DNA of 64,000 bases from Octopus vulgaris (lineage: Eukaryota): contig OX597815.1 of NCBI GenBank assembly GCA_951406725.2, forward strand, positions 25,544,001 through 25,608,000, read 5' to 3'. A program made the translations under genes and the position numbers. Each line of letters starts with the position of its first letter. Positions within the stretch are counted from its first letter, which is position 1. This document shows, piece after piece, positions 50,701 to 64,000 of the stretch. The notes under the pieces were generated by a model, which did no database searches, had not been told where the DNA came from, and was given only the letters and a program-made list of their open reading frames with translations.

Positions 50701-51562
50701 ATATGTTGATGGTTGCTTTATAGTTTAATTTATTAATTACTAATTTGCTTAATTTACTTAATACTAATTTACATAATTCATAGAGATGGTACATCAGTAT
50801 GAAAAAGAAGTCTTCTTCCTAGGTAAGATGCTAAGTGATGTAAGCTAATTAATTGTCTAGAAATTTTCAATTAGGGAACCTGAATCCTGTAGAACTAAAT
50901 AAATTGCATAAAAACACAAATTTTTCTAGTCAGATTTGAACCCATGGTCTAGTAGTTCTGAACCTAATCCACATTGTTATTTAACCTTTAATTTGTTTCT
51001 GTCACCTATAGTTATTAATCTTTTGATGACAAGATAAGCTGATTGATTACAATATGTTTCTTTATCACCCACAAGGGGCTAAACACAGAGGGGACAAACA
51101 AGGACAGACAAACGAATTAAGTTGGTTACATCGACCCCAGTGCGTAACTGGTACTTAATTTATCGACCCCAAAAGGATGAAAGGCAAAGTCTACCTTGGC
51201 AGAATTTGAACTCAGAACGTAACGGCAGACGAAATACGGCTACGCATTTCGCCCAGCGTGCTAACGGTTCTGCCAGCTCATTACAATAAATGAGTTAGAC
51301 TAGCTAAATACAGTGCAAGTGCATTATTTACATTGGGCTACAGAGTTACGAAATTAGTATTTGTTTCATGTCTCAGTTATAAGAATTGCATTAAGTAATC
51401 TATGTAACTGTAAAATATTTATTTCCCTGAATTATTTCGGTTTGGATTTGTTTTGCAAGATTCTTTATGTGAGTTCGTGTGTTGAAGCATATTTTGTTGT
51501 GTCTGGGGAGAGTCATTCTCTTTTAGTGCCTTATAAAATGCATAGAAGGTGCTTTTAAAGAC

Positions 51563-51799
51563 ATGAACATGATATACATAGGAGAGACATCTAGGAGCAT
51601 TTCAGAATGACTAAATGAACATTTAAGACAATATGATGACATAAAACAGTCCTTCATACTCTACCAACATGGAGGCAACCTGGGTCAACATGACATCTGC
51701 ATTTTATCCAAGCACCCAAAGGACCCAACACTCAGAGAAATACAGGAGTACGTCCTCATAAATGAAACATCACCAGTACTAAATAGGAAATATACGTAG
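51563..51799 (+). pseudogene. GIY-YIG endonuclease fragment (Penelope-like)
   Basis: IYIGETSRSISE*LNEH...LYQH...DPTLREIQEYVLINETSPVLNRK; one in-frame stop. Confidence 0.65.
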
Positions 51800-52209
51800 T
51801 AGATATTATATCCCCAGACCCACAGGTAAAGTAGAATAGTTAGTGGGCTGTTATGTAGATAGATGTATGTATGTATGTGTGAGTGTGTGTACATGTATAT
51901 GCACATGTATGTAGGCATATGGATATGAATGTAAACAGACAGACATGCAGACGGATAGGTACATAGGTTATTTGAACAGACAAGCACACGCTCACACACA
52001 TATACAAATGAAGGCTGAAACACGACCATATATATACATACTTCACGCAAGGACACATAAGGAGACATGTCCACACATATGGAGATACACATCCATACAT
52101 ACAGACACAGTACATAGTTGCCAAAAAAACCCATACACACACTCAGACATGCACACACAAGGCGAGAGAGGTACACACAAACACATGCAAAAACAACACA
52201 CACACACTC

Positions 52210-52470
52210 TGGTAAATCTATTAGAATGTAGAATGGACAGATTTTCGCAAATACAGATATGAACTGCAAAAGCAGAAATTTGATCTACTGCATTAAAGGC
52301 CCTAATTGCGATAAATCATACATTGGCGAGACAGGGAATGCATTATCGGAACGCTCACGAGTCCACAGACAACAAATCCGGAACACTAATTTTCGCCAAA
52401 TTCCATTGAGCGAACATATAGAAACATGTGGTCAGAAAATGTTTCTAATTTTTCCTTTCCACAAAAGACG
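52210..52470 (+). pseudogene. GIY-YIG endonuclease fragment (Penelope-like)
   Basis: MNCKSRNLIYCIKGPNCDKSYIGETGNALSERSRVHRQQI...LSEHIETC. Confidence 0.75.
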
Positions 52471-52499
52471 GGGACGTGCAGTATTGACGACAAAACATT

Positions 52500-54136
52500 T
52501 GTCGAGTAAATGAAGAGCTAATTCAACTGACATGTCATGCATCTGTTTGGAAGATTCCAGGCCCTAACCTGGTCATGGAAAAGTGGGTGGGAGTATGTGA
52601 TTTTTGAATGCACCAAAAAGCTCTCAGCAGATATACTCTCTTTTGCAGCTGTCGTTGCCGCTACCACGCTGAACAATCAGCAGACATAGGAACTACATCT
52701 AAGTGATAAATTAAGCCTGTGGGTGCGCTCAACGATACCACATAAGAGAAATCTACATGAAAGAAATTGAACTATATAGTGTTATAATTTAACATTATTA
52801 TACAATTGATTAATAATGGGAAAACAACGTAGCCTCAGTCCAGTCACAAGAGCAAAAATCATATTACTCCACCAGCAAAAAGTTACCTTTTCGAACATCA
52901 GCAAGCAACTAAAGTGCAGTAAAACGGCTTGCGTGCAAGCGTGGAAGTTATACTCGGAGACTGGTCAAAATAATAATCGGCCAAGGACTGGCGACCCAAG
53001 AAAAACGACGGAGCAGTTGGACAGTCGAATCCACCGACTTTCGGAAGGCAACCGAATGCTGACAACCGTTGACATTTGTAAACAAATGTCCAACGAGAAT
53101 GGTGTTATTTTGACACCACAAACCGTCCACAACCGTTTGAGAGAATTTGGACTACATCCGAAAGAAATCAACTCAATCGACTGCCGAAGATTGGTGCAGG
53201 GCCCTTTGGAGTGACGAGTCACGCTTCCGTATATTTGGATCAGATGGTAAAACATACGTCAGACGTCAACCAACCGAAGAATTCTATCCGAAATGCGTGA
53301 AAAAGACGGCGCAAGCGGGGATGGGGGTGTGATGGTGTGTGCGGCATTTAGTACCTTTGGTGTTGGTCCTCTAGTTAAAGTTGATGGAAAGCTAGGTAGT
53401 GTAAGTTATATGAATCTACTAAAGGATAATGTTGTGCCACATTTGACTCACCAGATGCCTCCGGGGGCTATTTATCAGCAGGACAATAATCCTGTGCACA
53501 AAGTCAAAAAGGATATGGAACTTTTTGATCACCATAATATTGACGTAATCGGGTCTCCCCAGAGCCCGAACCTGAATCCGATCGAGAACTTATGGAATTA
53601 TGTTTCCAAAAAAAGTCTATACTAAAAAATCATCTAATCTAATACAATTATTCGATTATATCAATGAAATATGGCAAAACATTCCCATAGAATTTTGTAA
53701 TCACTTAACGAATTCAATGCTGAGGCGTTGTTCAGCCGTTATTAAGAATAAAGGCTACGGTACAAAGTACAAATATGTATTTCGTTCTTGTTGCTCATTT
53801 TTGCTACAATCTTAAGCTTTAAATAATATTATAATGATACGGTCTTAAACTAATTTTGCCGGTAAATTTGAAACGTTTATATTAATTTAGCATTAGAATT
53901 CTTCAAGTTGTATAAAAACAGTTATTGTCTGCATCATTCGAAAGAGAAATAAATTCTGCATAATGTGTAAAAGATAAAAATAATTTGTATGGTGTTAGTA
54001 AGAAAATATTTTGTAGGAAATAGAACTTTTATCATCGGTCTTAAAAGATAAGAATAATTTGTATGGTGTTAGTAACAAAATATTTTGTAGGAAATAGAAC
54101 TTTTATCATCGGTCTTAAATTATTTTCACCAGTGTA
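52500..54136 (+). mobile_element. Tc1-like transposon, left end not found
   Basis: Right TIR ends ggtcttaaattattttcaccagtg-TA; inner repeat at 53841-53863; 74-bp tandem duplication at 53971-54119. Confidence 0.75.
52816..53772 (+). pseudogene. Tc1 (DD34E-type) transposase, frameshifted and internally deleted
   Basis: HTH region and RTGDPRKTT, LWSDESRF, GGVMVCAAFS, YQQDNNPVHK, SPQSPNLNPIENLW, SMLRRCSAVIKNKGYGTKY spread over four ORFs. Confidence 0.88.
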
Positions 54137-55379
54137 TTAAATATATTAATTTGGGTATGAAATACAAAATATGTATATATGTATACATACAAAACGAGAG
54201 AAAGCAAAAGGTGGATACATTCGGATGATGAATATTTTAATATAAATATATACTAAAATAATTATATATGTAAATTATATAATTATACAAGGGGACAGGA
54301 AAAAACCCTGCTCCTACATGTCTGAATAAGCCCCAAAACGTTATAAAACCACCTTTAGCTCTTGCAAAAATACAGGTTGTAGACGTGCAAATGAAAAATA
54401 CAAAATAAAACTCCACAGTCAATTGTGCATTGGTCCAATTTCGAGATTAAAGCATTAAAATAGTTTATTTCTCATCCTCAGCACAATATTCAAAGAAATA
54501 TTGTCACAAATATTTATACATACTCCCACGAAACAAATTCGTACGATCATATGCAAATATCCGCGCTTATGCTTCAAAATAAAGTCAAAATTTTGCTTTA
54601 AGTCTAAATATATAGATATTTATATTAATAGGTCCAACTTACACAGAGTACAAACGACAGAAAAAATTAAAGGGGTGGAAGAAAGGTGTTATAAGTCCAC
54701 AGCTGTTTGTACATTAGATATGTGTATATAATTAAATTCTGTTCTACATACATACACAAAACAATAAAGACAAAAATAAATTACATAATTTTAACCTGTC
54801 ATTCATTATTTTTATTTCTGAATTCACTTAAAATATTCCTAAAAAATCCAACTCAAAATCAGTCAAACCGGTTTCGATCACTATCTACGAAACTCTCAAA
54901 TAGAGAGGATGTAAAAATATATACATATACTTATCCAAATACTTAGCATAAACATATATTTATATATATGCAAATAAACACATATGCACCGGACCCCATG
55001 CATATATACTTATATGTATGTGAATAGCAAATCAAAAATGTCTTTTTTAAATAAAATTTTAACCTATTGTAAAGACAACAAATAAGTATTTTTATCTTTG
55101 GTTGTTTTATTAAACCGACATTCTAATAAGTTACTGTTTTCGCAAATATAAATATATCAAAAGCAAGCTATTTAATCATTAATCAGCGATTTTTCTCCAG
55201 AGCCCTTTCCCTATTCAATTATTCATTTTCTGTATTTTGTAAAACATATCCTAGTTAAACAAAGGTTGAGCTGAACTTTCTTTTCACAGTGACCACTTTT
55301 TATTTGCAAATATATTTCTGTTCCTTGGGTACCATCCCCTTAGATTTTGTGTTGGCCTACAACCTTTTCTTCGTAGCTG

Positions 55380-56900
55380 GATGCTCTTCAGCGAAATTGT
55401 TACATATTTGGAGTTCTGTTTTGATTGGGTCCACCTGCAAATGATTTCTCTCGAGCATTGCTATAATGGAAACAAGAAGAAATAAGCCCCATTTTTTCAG
55501 GTTTCAAAAAGAGATCTTAGAACTATTAAATAATTTACGATAGATTTCTTGACTATAGTTATCTACCATCTCAGAAGTACTGTTAAGTGATTCTATAACT
55601 CCATAATCCTCATTATAAGTCAACCATATCATATTCATGGTCTTGATTGTTTCACAAAATCATCACAAAAGTATGGTACAAATTGTTATGGAAGTATTTC
55701 TCCTCTCTTCAAGTAATCTTTTACCTTGCCATCAAATTTTCTTTTCAGCTCAGCCATTAGCTTAAATGCCTAAATTGTACTGAATGACTAGTCTTTTAGT
55801 ATTTCAAAAGTGTCTGAGAATAACATAAGTGACTGAGGAAGAAGAAATAGATCTCTGACGATTTACAAGTATATTCTTCATTCTCCAAATACTTCCACAG
55901 CGCATCGGGGAACTCCTTCGTCTCTCATCTTTGAAAATAACCCTTTAGGACTTCACAGCATTTAAGTATCTCAACAAGAGAAAGAAAATTGAGAGCTATC
56001 TAGTTACAACATGGAGTAGCAGGTTATAATTATTATCCTCATCGACGATTTCAAAAAATGTCTTTAACAGCGTTGCTTCTTTATCTGAGATGCGTAAAGA
56101 GTCGTACATTTTGAGCACAATACTTTCAATCTCAAATTCCTGTTTGTACAAAATATAACAAATGTTCTTGTCTTTTTTCACTTTATGATAGGCGTGGCTG
56201 TGTGGTAAGAAGCTTGCTTTCCAACCACATGGTTCCGGGTTCAGTCCCACTGCGTTGTACCTTGGGCAAGTGTCTTCTGCTATAGCCTCGGGCCGACCAA
56301 AGCCTTGTGAGTGGATTTGGTAGACAGAAACTGAAAGAATCCCGTCGTATATATATATATATTTGTGTGTCTATGTTTGTGTCCCCCACCATCGCTTGAT
56401 AACCGATGTTGGTGTGTTTACGTCCCCGTAACTTAGTGGTTCGGCAAAAGAGAATGATAGAATTAGCACTAGGCTTACAAAGAATAAGTCCTGGGGTCGA
56501 TTTGTTCGACTAAAAGCGGTGCTCCAGCATGGCCGCGGTCAAATGACAGAAGCAAGTAAAAGAATATTTTAATTCATATCTGATATTTCTAGTTCAGATA
56601 ATATCTAATTTATTTCCCCTGATGATTCATTGTAAAAGCCAAGAAACACATGTTGCCCCTAGTTCTCAAAAAGACTGTTACTCAGAACTGTAAGAAAACG
56701 CTTTGTTACATCTGTGTTCAAAGCATCAATTTGTACTGAAAAGAGTAAACAATGTTCTTTAATACAATTCACCTGCTTTTACATAGAATACGGTGCTAGA
56801 GTATTTTCACACATAGAGCTTTTATTTCAGCTTTCTCCAATGTTACGCTCTACATTGTCAATGAATTACTGCATATTTTGTTGTCAGTTTTACTACCATA
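55380..56900 (-). mobile_element. highly degraded hAT-like transposase relic with nested family A SINE (~56190-56565)
   Basis: IESIVLKMYDSLRISDKEATLLKTFFEIVD...LLLHVVTR*LS resembles the hAT 'TRWLS' region. Confidence 0.45.
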
Positions 56901-57482
56901 ATCAAAAGGTCAGAATAACCGGACAAAATAAAATAAGACAAATTAATATTCTGCTCAGCTTGCCGTTGGACCGAAGACATAGCGCTCAGGAGAAAGTTTC
57001 TCGAGCTTAAAGCCGAATATCTGACCGCTTCAAAATTTGCGCGCGTGCGAGTATGTGTATGTAGTATGCATGTATGTGTGTGTATGTGTATTGGGGCACT
57101 GGAAGCTGTAACACACTGGTTTAGTACCAATTTTGAGAAATTAGGCTTCTCAAAACCAGAAAGGAGAAAGTTGATTCGATGTCTGTAGATCCAAGCTACC
57201 ACTGGAACTGTAAAAATCTGTAAATCTATAAACATGTAAATCATTTTTCGCTTTTCTCATGACAAACGTTTCACCTCTCTATACATTTTTACTACACTTT
57301 CTCTCTCATTCCTTATAAAAGTACATCGCTCACGCTGAGTGTGTGCGGGACTTTTTCAGTGTGTGTGTGTGTGCAAGCATGTATGTAAAGAATTCCATTA
57401 AGGCGCCATAGTGATTTAAAAACGTATGTAAATGATAATTTATTTTAATAGCATACTCTTCAGTTAGTAAATATGTTTTTCC

Positions 57483-57484
<2 letters not shown>

Positions 57485-57550
<66 letters not shown>
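57485..57550. repeat. (CA)n microsatellite
   Basis: Direct reading. Confidence 0.95.
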
Positions 57551-57555
<5 letters not shown>

Positions 57556-58405
57556 GACTCACATGATGCGGTGTAGAGGATTAAAAATCTAAATTTAATT
57601 TTGTCTCGTTGTTATTGCAGCAAAGGGCCACCGCGTCATCATTCCAGAAAACGTGTTCACGAGAAGAAAAATATCGAAAAACAGCAATGCATATCAGAGT
57701 GACAAAGAAACGAGTAAGGTAGCAGCTGGTCGTAGGATGTGCTATAAACAACAGCTAAATCTCCCTTAAATCGCATAATTTTTTTTGCCTGAAAATTATT
57801 TTGAAGTGATAAACAGAAACAAATTGCAAATTCAGACTATTCGTATTTTAAAGCTATGATTAAAAAAAAACAATTTTGGAAAAAAGCCGAAAGTTTAGGA
57901 TTTATGGAGGGGCTGGGTTAAGGAAAAAAAAAGATTTCACTATTGTTTTTAAATTACGTTTCATTTTCTGTTTGAAAATAAAGAAAGTGGGGAATGTGAT
58001 GGTGATTATCATTTCCAAAAAATGTTTTTCTTTGAAAACTTCAAGGCTTCTCCAATCGTATTTAAGTGCGTAGTGCACCAAAAAAGGCCAAAGTTGTTAC
58101 AGAGTGGAGGAGGGGGCTTGAAAAAATGCATAAATTTTCAAAAAATTAATTTTTAATGAAAAGGCGCCTCCCATAGTTTATAAGTGCGTAGTGCAAAAAA
58201 AAATGGACAAAATCAGTACACACACACACACACACACACATATATGTAGGAGTGGCTGTGTGATAAGTAGCTTGCTTACTTACCATATGGTTCCGGGTTG
58301 AGTCCCACTGCGTGGTACCTTGAGCAAGTGTCTTCTACTATAGCCTCGGGCCGACCAAAGTCTTGTGAGTGGATTATGTAGACGGAAACTGAAAGAAGTC
58401 CGTCG

Positions 58406-58456
<51 letters not shown>

Positions 58457-58459
<3 letters not shown>

Positions 58460-58900
58460 GGAATATTATTCCAAACTTACAAGGAAAAATTCAATTTAGA
58501 AATACTAAATCAAATTTCACAAAATATAATATAATATATATAAATTATAAAAAGCCCACCTTTTATCAATCAATAATGAAAAATTAAATTATACCATTTA
58601 GAAAAATTACATATTATAGAAAGATTAAATATAAAATAAAACATATAACAATGATTAAGTAATGTGCAAAATGATAAATAAAACGTATATATTTGGAAGA
58701 ATAACGACACGTGTTTCGTTGCTATATTTAAGAAATGATAATAGTAATAATTATAGTAGTAGTAGTAAAATCACTTCAATATAAATATAGTCACTCTTCA
58801 GGTTAAACATAACAACAAAAAAATAATTAATTAGATAAATTAATAAATATACGTAAATAATCTTGTAAAATACGAAATATCTTAACAAATATATTCTTGT
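58457..58900 (-). mobile_element. Penelope-like terminal region abutting the (TA)n of a family A SINE
   Basis: Contains a hammerhead motif; its end is homologous to 20310-20400; far boundary uncertain. Confidence 0.55.
58702..58805 (-). ncRNA. type I hammerhead ribozyme motif
   Basis: TAAC-CTGAAGA-GTGACTATATTTA-loop-TAAATATAGCAAC-GAAAC-ACGT-GTC-GTTA: canonical core, stem I TAAC/GTTA, long stem II, palindromic stem III, GUC triplet. Confidence 0.75.
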
Positions 58901-59949
58901 TTAAGAAATAACAAACATATTATTGTTTAAAAATAAGATACAATAAGATACAATTTGTAGAGAACGCATTAATATATACCTATTGTTTTAAGAGAAGTTC
59001 TACTAACAGATTGTACTAGCAAGATGCATATTTGATAATCATTTTGTTCGAGTGTACATATCTACTTCTCCAATGCTCCTTCCTTTCAAATTTAAAATCA
59101 ATTTTATATTAGGTAGAAGAATACGGTGAACTGAATCGATAACAGGGTATAATATTGGATGCATTTTATTGGCGTGGCAGTGAATAAAAGTTTAAATGAA
59201 CAAAAATTAAAATTGGTAAAGCGCAGAGAATTTCGATGTAGCTTGGAGTGCAGAATCTTGCTGTCTCTTCACACACACATACGGCAGATTTCTTTTTGTT
59301 CCCATTTACCAAATACACTCACAAGGCTTTGGTCGGCCCCAGAGCTATAATAGAAGACACTTACTCAAAGCGTCAGGAAGTGGGATTGAACCCAGATCCC
59401 AGCGATTGGAAAGCAAACTTCTCACCGCACATCCACAGCCTGTCAATATTTTAATCTACCTTAGGCGATTTATCAAAATTCACTTCTATATGTGTATAAC
59501 GCTGGAAATTTGTTACAAAAATATCAGGATCGAAATTGCGCGCGCATGCGTGGGACGCACACATAAGTGCAAAAAAAGACAAAAAGAAGAAAAAAAAAAG
59601 GAAAATGATGAGAATATAGGAAGAGATGTTATAATATCAGAGATCATATTGTACTTGAATAAATGCAGTAATTCGTTCGGTAACAAAATTTGTACAAAAC
59701 AAACCATTTTGTCAATACATATTTGTTATATATTCTTTTAAAGTGATTTTTAATCTCACATTTTCATGTAAGTTTCTATTTGCAACTCAACTATTTACAA
59801 CAAATATTTGTAATTCAGCCTTATGTTTCGATATTATTTGTTTCGTTGAGTTTACCTCCCTCCCCCGCTGCCATTCCACCCTCCTTCATCTCCTCCTATC
59901 CACCGCCTCGTCACCCCTTTTTTTGCTGCCGTCGCCCTTTTTTGTCGTT

Positions 59950-60114
59950 TTCATGATGATGATGATAGAAGTAATGTTTGACTATGTTGATGATGATGAT
60001 GATGATGATGATGATTATGATGCTGTGATGCTGGTAAGATGGTGATGACAGTGATGACGAAGGCGATATTGCTGCTGATGATGATGGCGATCATCATCAT
60101 CATCGTCGTCGTCG

Positions 60115-60182
<68 letters not shown>

Positions 60183-60277
60183 GTCATCATCATCATCATC
60201 ATCGTCGCCATCATCACCATCATCATCATCATTATCATCATCATCATCATCACCACCATCACCACCACCACCACCAT

Positions 60278-60312
<35 letters not shown>

Positions 60313-60384
60313 CCACCAGCACCAGCACCATCATCATCATCATCATCTTCGTCATCATCATCATCATCATCATCACATCATCAC

Positions 60385-60443
<59 letters not shown>

Positions 60444-60450
60444 CCATCAC

Positions 60451-60482
<32 letters not shown>

Positions 60483-60525
60483 CCATCATCATCACCATCA
60501 TCATCATCATCATCATCGTCGTCGC
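59950..60525. repeat. (GAT)n followed by long (CAT)n/(CAC)n trinucleotide arrays
   Basis: Direct reading. Confidence 0.95.
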
Positions 60526-60657
60526 TTGTCTTGTTATTCCAATTTTCAGTCTATTGCCATTCTTATATGCTTGTACAATAATTACGTCAGTTTTGTTTTT
60601 GTCGTTATTTTTCAAATACTTATATTATTTGCTCTACTTCATTTATTACTATTCCAC

Positions 60658-60830
<173 letters not shown>

Positions 60831-61463
60831 TGTACTTATATAAACATACATATATGCAAACATATAGACATACATCCTCATAATTCACACTTTATTTTCA
60901 TGACGAAATAGATTTACTTTCCTTGTGTACATTCGCTCATATACACATAACAACGGTTATATTTTATCGTTAAAACGTAGTGGGTTCGGTTAGTGATAAG
61001 GATTTCTAACGGCCGATTATTTATAGAAGATAAGCAGTAGGCAAACACCGCTATCGATCGAAAAGAGCGGTTTAACTTTAGTATATCGCAGATGCAATGT
61101 TTAAATTAACCACATTTACGGCCATAAAACATACACAGGTTTAGCGGTACGAGTAAAATCACCTGGTTTTGGGTTGGCTTTTTTTTTTTTGAGTAAACTT
61201 GTCTTGTTAGTTTGTGGTCGATTGTCCAGATGTCTAGTGAATGATCAGATGTGGATATAAGAATAGCATGTTTGTTGTCGTTGGTGATTTAAGTTGCGTG
61301 GGTGGGAGAGGAATGATTAGCTGGCGTGATTATAATGGTGGGGAGATTATGGACATAGAGAAATTAATAGCAGGCTGGAGGGAGAAAAATGGAGAGAAAA
61401 AAAAGAACAGATAGAGCCTTCAAGCAAGGACTTTCCCGGTCCAACCGTGACGTATGGCAAACC

Positions 61464-61471
61464 TATGTATG

Positions 61472-61505
<34 letters not shown>

Positions 61506-61706
61506 TGTATGTATGTATGTATGTATGTATGTATGCATGTATGTATGTATGCATGTATGTATGTATGCATGTATGTATGTATGCATGTATGTATGTATGC
61601 ATGCATGCATGCATGTCTGCATGTATGTATGTATGTATGTATGTATGTATGTATGTATGTATGTATGTATGTATGCGCGTGTGTCTGTGTGTGCGCGCGT
61701 GTGTGT
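61464..61706. repeat. (ATGT)n/(ATGC)n microsatellite
   Basis: Direct reading. Confidence 0.95.
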
Positions 61707-61949
61707 ATGGTACTTATTTAATCGAACCCGAAAGGATGAAAGGCAAAGTCGACCACGGCAGAATTTGAACTCAGAACGTAGCGGCAGACGAAATACTGCT
61801 AAGCATTTCGCCCGGCGCGCTAACGTTTCTGCCAGCTCGCCTCCTCATGACTGGTAATTTCAACAGTGACGCTGAAAGGATCTATATTAAACGGAAGCAG
61901 AGAGAGAAATGAATCACGAGTATACTCAGCAGTAAAGGTAATAACATCA

Positions 61950-63170
61950 TGAGATCAGATGAAACCCCGGACAAGTACTTCCAGTTTACTGCTGCTCCAT
62001 GTGAACCAAGGTGAACTGGTCTGAAGAAATAAACGACTAAATTGATGTGAATTATGATACAGACTACATTCTTTGAGAACGAAACCAACTTTGGAATTAG
62101 AACCTTTGAATGCCCACCTACCAATGCAATTTTAGTGCCACTCGAAGACAAACTCTTCTCTTTTACTCGTTTCAGTCATTTGATTGTGACCATGCTGGAG
62201 CACCATCTTTAGTCGAGCAAATCGATCCCAGGACTTATTCTTTGTAAGCCTAGTACTTATTCTATCGGTGTCTTTTGTCAAACTGCTAAGTTATGGGGAC
62301 ATAAACACACCAGCATCGGTTGTCAAGTGATGTTGGGGGAGGGGACAAACACAGACACACAAACATACACACACATACATATATATCTATACATATATAC
62401 GACGGGCTTCTTTCAGAAGCCATCTACCAGATCCACTCACAAGGCTTTGGTCGGCCTGAGGCTATAGCAGAAGACACTTGCCCAAGGTGCGACGCAGTGG
62501 GACTGAACCAGGAACCATGTGGTTCGTAAGCAAGTTACTTACCACACAGCCACCCCTACGCCTACAAACGCCTTCTGTTTATTTAAAATATAAAATTTAG
62601 AATGATTAAGAATTACTTTCAAATGCAACTAAACACAATTGTAAAAGAAATCCAATCCAATAATATGAACAACCAATATCATGAAACTAGAGACATATAT
62701 GAAATTGGCCAGAACTTCATTCACAGATTTGTCTCTCTGACTGAACAAATATGTGACCAGCCAGCCAAACCCAACCGAAAATGCAAATGTAACAACCAAA
62801 CTGTCTTCGTTCGAAAGACGTGTCAATGCCAAATGAAAATCTTAACTGAAAGAGAATACATACAAAACTTACATCTAAGCTGTTCAAATCTCAATAAAAG
62901 CAAATCTTCAGATTTCATAATATTAATAAAAGACACACACTATCCTCATGTATTTAGCCAATGAATAGTAGACATACACCATATGATATAAAATGGACCA
63001 TGATAAACAAAGGAAGATCTAACAATAGAATAGAAGACGTTGCAATTTATACACAGCAGAAACGTTCGAAATATTATTTGCCGATAACACTCATTAGTAA
63101 ACACTCAGAAAAATCATTACATATTGACATAAAATATACAAGACATAAATATTTTATCTAAACACCTAAC
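61950..63170 (+). mobile_element. old, internally deleted Penelope-like element with nested family A SINE (~62155-62565)
   Basis: ETNFGIRTFECPP...PLEDKL; FQMQLNTIVKEIQ...ETRDIYEI; RKCKC; YDIKWTMINKGR...RCNLYTAETFEILFAD..LISKHSE. These resemble PLE RT N-terminal and endonuclease C-terminal motifs. Confidence 0.55.
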
Positions 63171-63655
63171 ACTCGTTTCAAACACATATCAATAAATTCA
63201 ATTGAGTTCTTGTGTACAATATCCTAGATAATTACTACCAGACATATGCATTAAATATACGCACGTTCAACCGTTCATATCTATGTATTCATATCATCGT
63301 ATCTCCACACAAATGAAAAACTGATTTGTATGAAAGTGATCCGGGGATTGAAAAACTAAAGCGAATGCTATATAAATGGAAGTCCCTATAAGTTTGAGGA
63401 TATTCCTTTATTCTTTTATTCTTTTAATTGTTTTAGTCATCTGATTGCGGTCATGCTGGAACACCATCTTGAAGGGTTTTTTAGTCGACCCCAAGAGTTA
63501 TTTTTAAAGCCTAGTACTTATTCAATCGGATACTTTTGCCGAACCGCTAAGTTACGGGGACATAAGCACACCGACGTCAGTTGTCAAGCAGCGTTGAGGG
63601 AACAAACACACACAGAAAGGTACGTACACACACACATAGACACACACACACACGC

Positions 63656-63737
<82 letters not shown>

Positions 63738-64000
63738 ACATAGATATATATACGACGGACTCCTGTCAGTTTCCGTCTACCAATTCCACTGACAAAGCTT
63801 TAATCAGCCCGAGGCACTTTAATCAGCCCAAAGACACTTGTCCAAGGTGCTACGCAGTGAGACTGAACCCGGAATCATGTGGTTGGGAAGCAAGCTTCTT
63901 ACCACACACCCACACAGCAATCCATTCAATCTTAAATCTACTACCTCCAACGTTGACTCATTACATTCACCACACATACGTTAATTTTATTTTTATGATA

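Noticed and set aside
51608-51610. In-frame TGA in a GIY-YIG fragment as possible selenocysteine
   Set aside because: It falls at the conserved Arg position, consistent with CGA-to-TGA decay; it is not a Cys position and no SECIS was seen.
56615-56660. CTGATGA...GAAAC hammerhead-like spacing
   Set aside because: No convincing stem I or II; it lies within the antisense of the hAT-like relic.

Overview
AT-rich, repeat-dense animal genomic DNA. The SINE repertoire and microsatellite load suggest an octopod cephalopod (inference, not verified). One host gene can be reconstructed by hand on the + strand. It has 16 GT-AG coding exons (8095-49688) that splice in frame to about 578 aa and carry the motifs of the mainly bacterial DUF885 family ([74 protein letters not shown]). 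Its first codon begins in an upstream exon I could not locate. Introns and flanks hold dozens of copies of four SINE-like families, non-autonomous Helitrons, mariner/Tc1/pogo/hAT relics and MITEs, and CR1 and RTE LINE fragments. The most unusual component is a set of Penelope-like (GIY-YIG) retroelement pieces carrying hammerhead-ribozyme motifs that repeatedly sit in (TA)n tracts, often the (TA)n inside one SINE family. One young copy has a ~3 kb scrambled CA-rich 3' region punctuated by GC-rich hairpin islands. Most ORFs in the supplied track are artefacts of SINEs and microsatellites. Repeat boundaries are approximate; exon boundaries were checked for splice sites and phase.
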